Shown here: one piece after another, positions 60,742 to 64,000 of the stretch
Layout of the letters: the number at the start of each line of letters is the position of its first letter
How positions within the stretch are numbered: the stretch's first letter is position 1
NCBI GenBank assembly: GCA_963702205.1
Contig: OY969724.1
Location: 352,001-416,000, forward strand
Length of the DNA stretch: 64,000 bases
Origin: an uncultured candidate division Zixibacteria bacterium
GTDB lineage: Bacteria > Zixibacteria > MSB-5A5 > GN15 > PGXB01
Direction: 5' to 3'
Position numbers and translations under genes: made by a program
The notes under the pieces: generated by a model
What the model saw: the letters and a program-made list of their open reading frames with translations, nothing else
Told to the model about the DNA's origin: nothing
Database searches by the model: none

Positions 60742-60911
60742 AGCTCTTATTCCATATTCTCATATTTTCTGATCCTCTTTGCACATCTGAAAAGTTTTGC
60801 ATCCTATTTTGTATTTTGATATCATCATAAGACATTGAACTCCAACAACATAATTGGCTCTCGATCACTTCCAAATAGCGGCATATGGTTTGAGGGATAT
60901 CCTATTGGGAA

Positions 60912-63209
60912 ATGATTATGAAATACCTCTGGAAAATAAGATTATGCCTCCTGATCCCGATTTTGATCGGGACAGCCCGGCCATCCGAATCGGCGGAAAT
61001 ATCCGGCCGCGTTATGGACCGCCAAAATCGGCCGATTATCGCCGCGACGATTGCCGCAATGCAAGGTGACTCGGTCGTGGCCGGTACATTTACCGGCACC
61101 GATGGCTCGTACTCGATTTCACTGGCCAATGCACCGGAATCGGAGTATCATTTGGTCGTTTCCTCGGTGGGGTATTCATCTCAGACATTAAACCCCGATT
61201 TATCGTCCGATCATTCAGACATAATCATTCATCTCGATGAAAAACCTATCGACGTCGGGCTGATCAGGGTCAATCCCCAAAAGGAAATCGATAATTCCGA
61301 AACGGTGCTGACCGAAAATCGGGTTGAGCTGATGGCCCAACGTTCGCTGGTGCCGTCGAATCCTATCGCCGCCATCCGGCAGCCGCAGGCGGTCCGGCAG
61401 GGCTCGGGGCATTCATCGAAAATCCGTCTCAACGGCACCAACCCCGACTATTATCTTAATGGCATCAATATCGGGCACGACCCGAATCACTACGGCATGT
61501 TTTCGATTCTTCCGGCCTCGGTGGTCGACGCCGTCTCGCTGATGCCGCAGGGGACCGAAGCCAGATATCGCCTCCCCACGGTCTTCGCCCTGAGCACCAA
61601 AAGCCCATTTAACAGCGGCAGCAGAGCCACGGTCAGTCTGTCTACCGTGGAAGCCACCGCTACATATTCCTATGGCAACCACAACTTTTTCATCCTCGGA
61701 TCGCTCCGCAAATCGGTTCTGGATAAGCTTATCGATAATTTCAAAATGGAAACCGACAAGATGACGATTCCGCCGACCAACTTTCAGGACGTGTACTTCT
61801 CGTCGGGATTGAGACTGACCCCGGATATGGAACTGACAGTCGATTGTTATCAGATTCGCGATTTCCTGAGTCTCAAAACGCCCGAAACGGGCTCGAATTC
61901 GTCCGGCATAAAATCGGCCCAGAATATGAAAGAATCTTATCTCGGCTCCCGCTTCAAATTCGTTTCGGGCCGGGCCCTTTTCTCCGCCCGACTCGCCGCT
62001 AAAATAGGGACCGAACAGTACGGCGCCCTGCCGGTGAAATCTTCGGAAGTTGCTGGTTTCAACGTCGACCTCAGGGCCTCACACACGAAATACATCGGCG
62101 GTCTCGACCTGACATTTTTCTTCGACGGAATTGAAATTAACGGCGGCGCGGAATACAGTGCTATACCCGACCGGACTATCGATCTCGATCAGGTTAACTG
62201 GAATTTCCTTCCGCCCGACGCCAACAGCGATAAGCCGTTCGTGTATCAAATCGAACTTAACCGGGCCTTCGGTTCGTACACTCTGCGCGACAGCGAGGAC
62301 AAAGCCGCCATATATACAAGCGGGCGCCTCACTCTGGGCAAACTGAACTGGGAGACGGGCCTGCGCGGCGAGCGATTCGGAAGACTGCGCGATGGGCAAA
62401 CTATCGCCGTCAGAAACCGGCTGGGCTATAACTTCTCTCGACGAACCGAACTGGAATTTTTTATGGGTACATTCTACGAAAGCCCGTCGGGCAAAATTCT
62501 CGATCCGTATCAGGTGCTTGTCCGATACAACCTGTCAGACCTGAAGCCGATCGAAACGAACCTCTACTCCCTGACCTTCAGGGTCGGGCCGTGTCGTCTG
62601 GGAGCCTTCCGCAAAGAAATATCGCGCTTCCCGGTTGTCGATCCGGATTTCGATGCCGTCTCCAAAGACGGCTCCGTGTTAAAAGAGTTTTTCCGGATGA
62701 CCTCGTCGGGCAGAATGTCTTTTTATGGAGGCAATATCGAATTCGACCTGCACCGTTTCCCGCTGAGTCGGTCCGATATTTATGCCTCCTACGGCTACAC
62801 GCGCGCCTCGAACACGTACGAAACCGTGACGATACCATACGAACTCAACGCTGAACATAAGTTTTATATGCAGACCAATTATTCTTTGAGCCATACCGTC
62901 TCGATCGGGACCGACATCAACCTCCGCTCGGGGTTTCCATACACGCCTTTTAAAACCATCCACAGCATCGATAATGCCGACCGGTACAACAAAGTCTATT
63001 ATGAAAACAGCATCGTGACGGAAAACTCGGAGAGCTTCCCGACCTATTTCTCACTGGGCCTGTATTCGGAATTTCAACTGGGGCGGCTCGAAATTCATGC
63101 CGCGATATCGAACGTAACCAGCCACGATAACCCGATTGTCAACACGGCCGACGGCTATATTTACGATGCCGGGATTTTGCCGGTGGTCGGCGTGAAGTAC
63201 ACTTTTTAG
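60912..63209 (+). CDS. TonB-dependent outer membrane receptor with N-terminal carboxypeptidase regulatory-like domain
   Basis: ISGRVMD..PIIAATI..TDGSYSI..SSVGY; plug region; beta-barrel ending VGVKYTF. Confidence 0.75.
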   Translation: MIMKYLWKIRLCLLIPILIGTARPSESAEISGRVMDRQNRPIIAATIAAMQGDSVVAGTFTGTDGSYSISLANAPESEYHLVVSSVGYSSQTLNPDLSSDHSDIIIHLDEKPIDVGLIRVNPQKEIDNSETVLTENRVELMAQRSLVPSNPIAAIRQPQAVRQGSGHSSKIRLNGTNPDYYLNGINIGHDPNHYGMFSILPASVVDAVSLMPQGTEARYRLPTVFALSTKSPFNSGSRATVSLSTVEATATYSYGNHNFFILGSLRKSVLDKLIDNFKMETDKMTIPPTNFQDVYFSSGLRLTPDMELTVDCYQIRDFLSLKTPETGSNSSGIKSAQNMKESYLGSRFKFVSGRALFSARLAAKIGTEQYGALPVKSSEVAGFNVDLRASHTKYIGGLDLTFFFDGIEINGGAEYSAIPDRTIDLDQVNWNFLPPDANSDKPFVYQIELNRAFGSYTLRDSEDKAAIYTSGRLTLGKLNWETGLRGERFGRLRDGQTIAVRNRLGYNFSRRTELEFFMGTFYESPSGKILDPYQVLVRYNLSDLKPIETNLYSLTFRVGPCRLGAFRKEISRFPVVDPDFDAVSKDGSVLKEFFRMTSSGRMSFYGGNIEFDLHRFPLSRSDIYASYGYTRASNTYETVTIPYELNAEHKFYMQTNYSLSHTVSIGTDINLRSGFPYTPFKTIHSIDNADRYNKVYYENSIVTENSESFPTYFSLGLYSEFQLGRLEIHAAISNVTSHDNPIVNTADGYIYDAGILPVVGVKYTF

Positions 63210-64000
63210 AATTTACCGTTCAGGATATCGATCATCTGCCTGTGAATCCGGCCGTTCGAGGCCAGGATATATCTATCGTAAATGGAATATTTCGAACCAT
63301 TGAAAGAGGTCACCCTGCCCCCGGCTTCCTTCACTATCAGCGATCCGGCCGCGCTGTCCCAGGGATGAAGTTTCAACTCCCAGAAACCATCGAACCGTCC
63401 GCAGGCGAGATACGCCAGATCGAGCGCCGCCGATCCGGCCCGCCTTATGGCCCGGGCGCGCTTGATGAATCGCCGGAAAAATTTCAGGTTGTCTTCCGAC
63501 GAGGTGCCTATATCGTACGGGAACCCCGTCGCCAGAAGTGACTTTTCCAGCCTGGTCTTGTCCGAAACCCGGATAACTTTTCTGTTGAGACGTGCTCCAC
63601 CGCCTTGGACCGCTTCGAACATCTCGGACCGATCGGGATCGAAAATAGTCCCGGCAATAATCTTTCCCTGATACTCGCACCCGATTGAAACACAGTAGAA
63701 CGGGAAGTTATGCGCAAAATTCGTGGTGCCGTCGAGCGGATCGACCACCCATTTGAATTCCGAGCCGTTGTCGACCGATGAACCCTCTTCGGCGAGAATG
63801 GAATGTTCCTGAAATTTTTTTGTTATCGCTTTAATGATATATTTTTCCGAAGCCAGATCGGCGTCGGTGACCAGATCGACCCGGCCTTTGAGAGACACTT
63901 TGTGTCTTTTATTTGACTTGGAAAGCAATATCTTCCCGGCATCGGCCGCGGTCTTTATCGCGAAATCGTGTATTTCTTTCAGATATTTTTTTGACAGCAC
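63206..64000 (-). CDS. suhB: Inositol monophosphatase family protein
   Basis: LVTDAD, WVVDPLDGTTNF, ATGFPY, RRAGSAALDL, WDSAAG; the start lies at the window edge. Confidence 0.9.
   Translation of the reverse strand: MLSKKYLKEIHDFAIKTAADAGKILLSKSNKRHKVSLKGRVDLVTDADLASEKYIIKAITKKFQEHSILAEEGSSVDNGSEFKWVVDPLDGTTNFAHNFPFYCVSIGCEYQGKIIAGTIFDPDRSEMFEAVQGGGARLNRKVIRVSDKTRLEKSLLATGFPYDIGTSSEDNLKFFRRFIKRARAIRRAGSAALDLAYLACGRFDGFWELKLHPWDSAAGSLIVKEAGGRVTSFNGSKYSIYDRYILASNGRIHRQMIDILNGKF

Overview
Bacterial, mostly GC-rich window. Dockerin-like tails and a YPNPFNP C-terminal sorting domain suggest candidate division Zixibacteria or a related FCB-group lineage (inference). In order, it carries: a TauE transporter with a two-component pair; a 2959-aa beta-helix surface protein; a glutamate dehydrogenase operon with two truncated dikinase-like proteins (one fused to a nucleotidyltransferase); a ~2680-aa VWA/Cys-rich repeat protein with cohesin-like, dockerin-like and sorting domains; an ECF sigma/anti-sigma-TPR pair; GH1 plus GT21 genes; pilT with an MshEN-HD-DUF4388 protein; an AT-rich islet between REP-like clusters; an ABC exporter; four paralogous GspG-like pilins with different C-terminal domains; and housekeeping genes (mscS, glmS, glmM, suhB, a TonB-dependent receptor). 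All six frameshift sites I found are duplicated bases at a GTAC tetramer. This points to a systematic sequencing error, possibly caused by GTAC methylation, so the four split genes are probably intact. No rRNA, tRNA, CRISPR array or transposase was seen.
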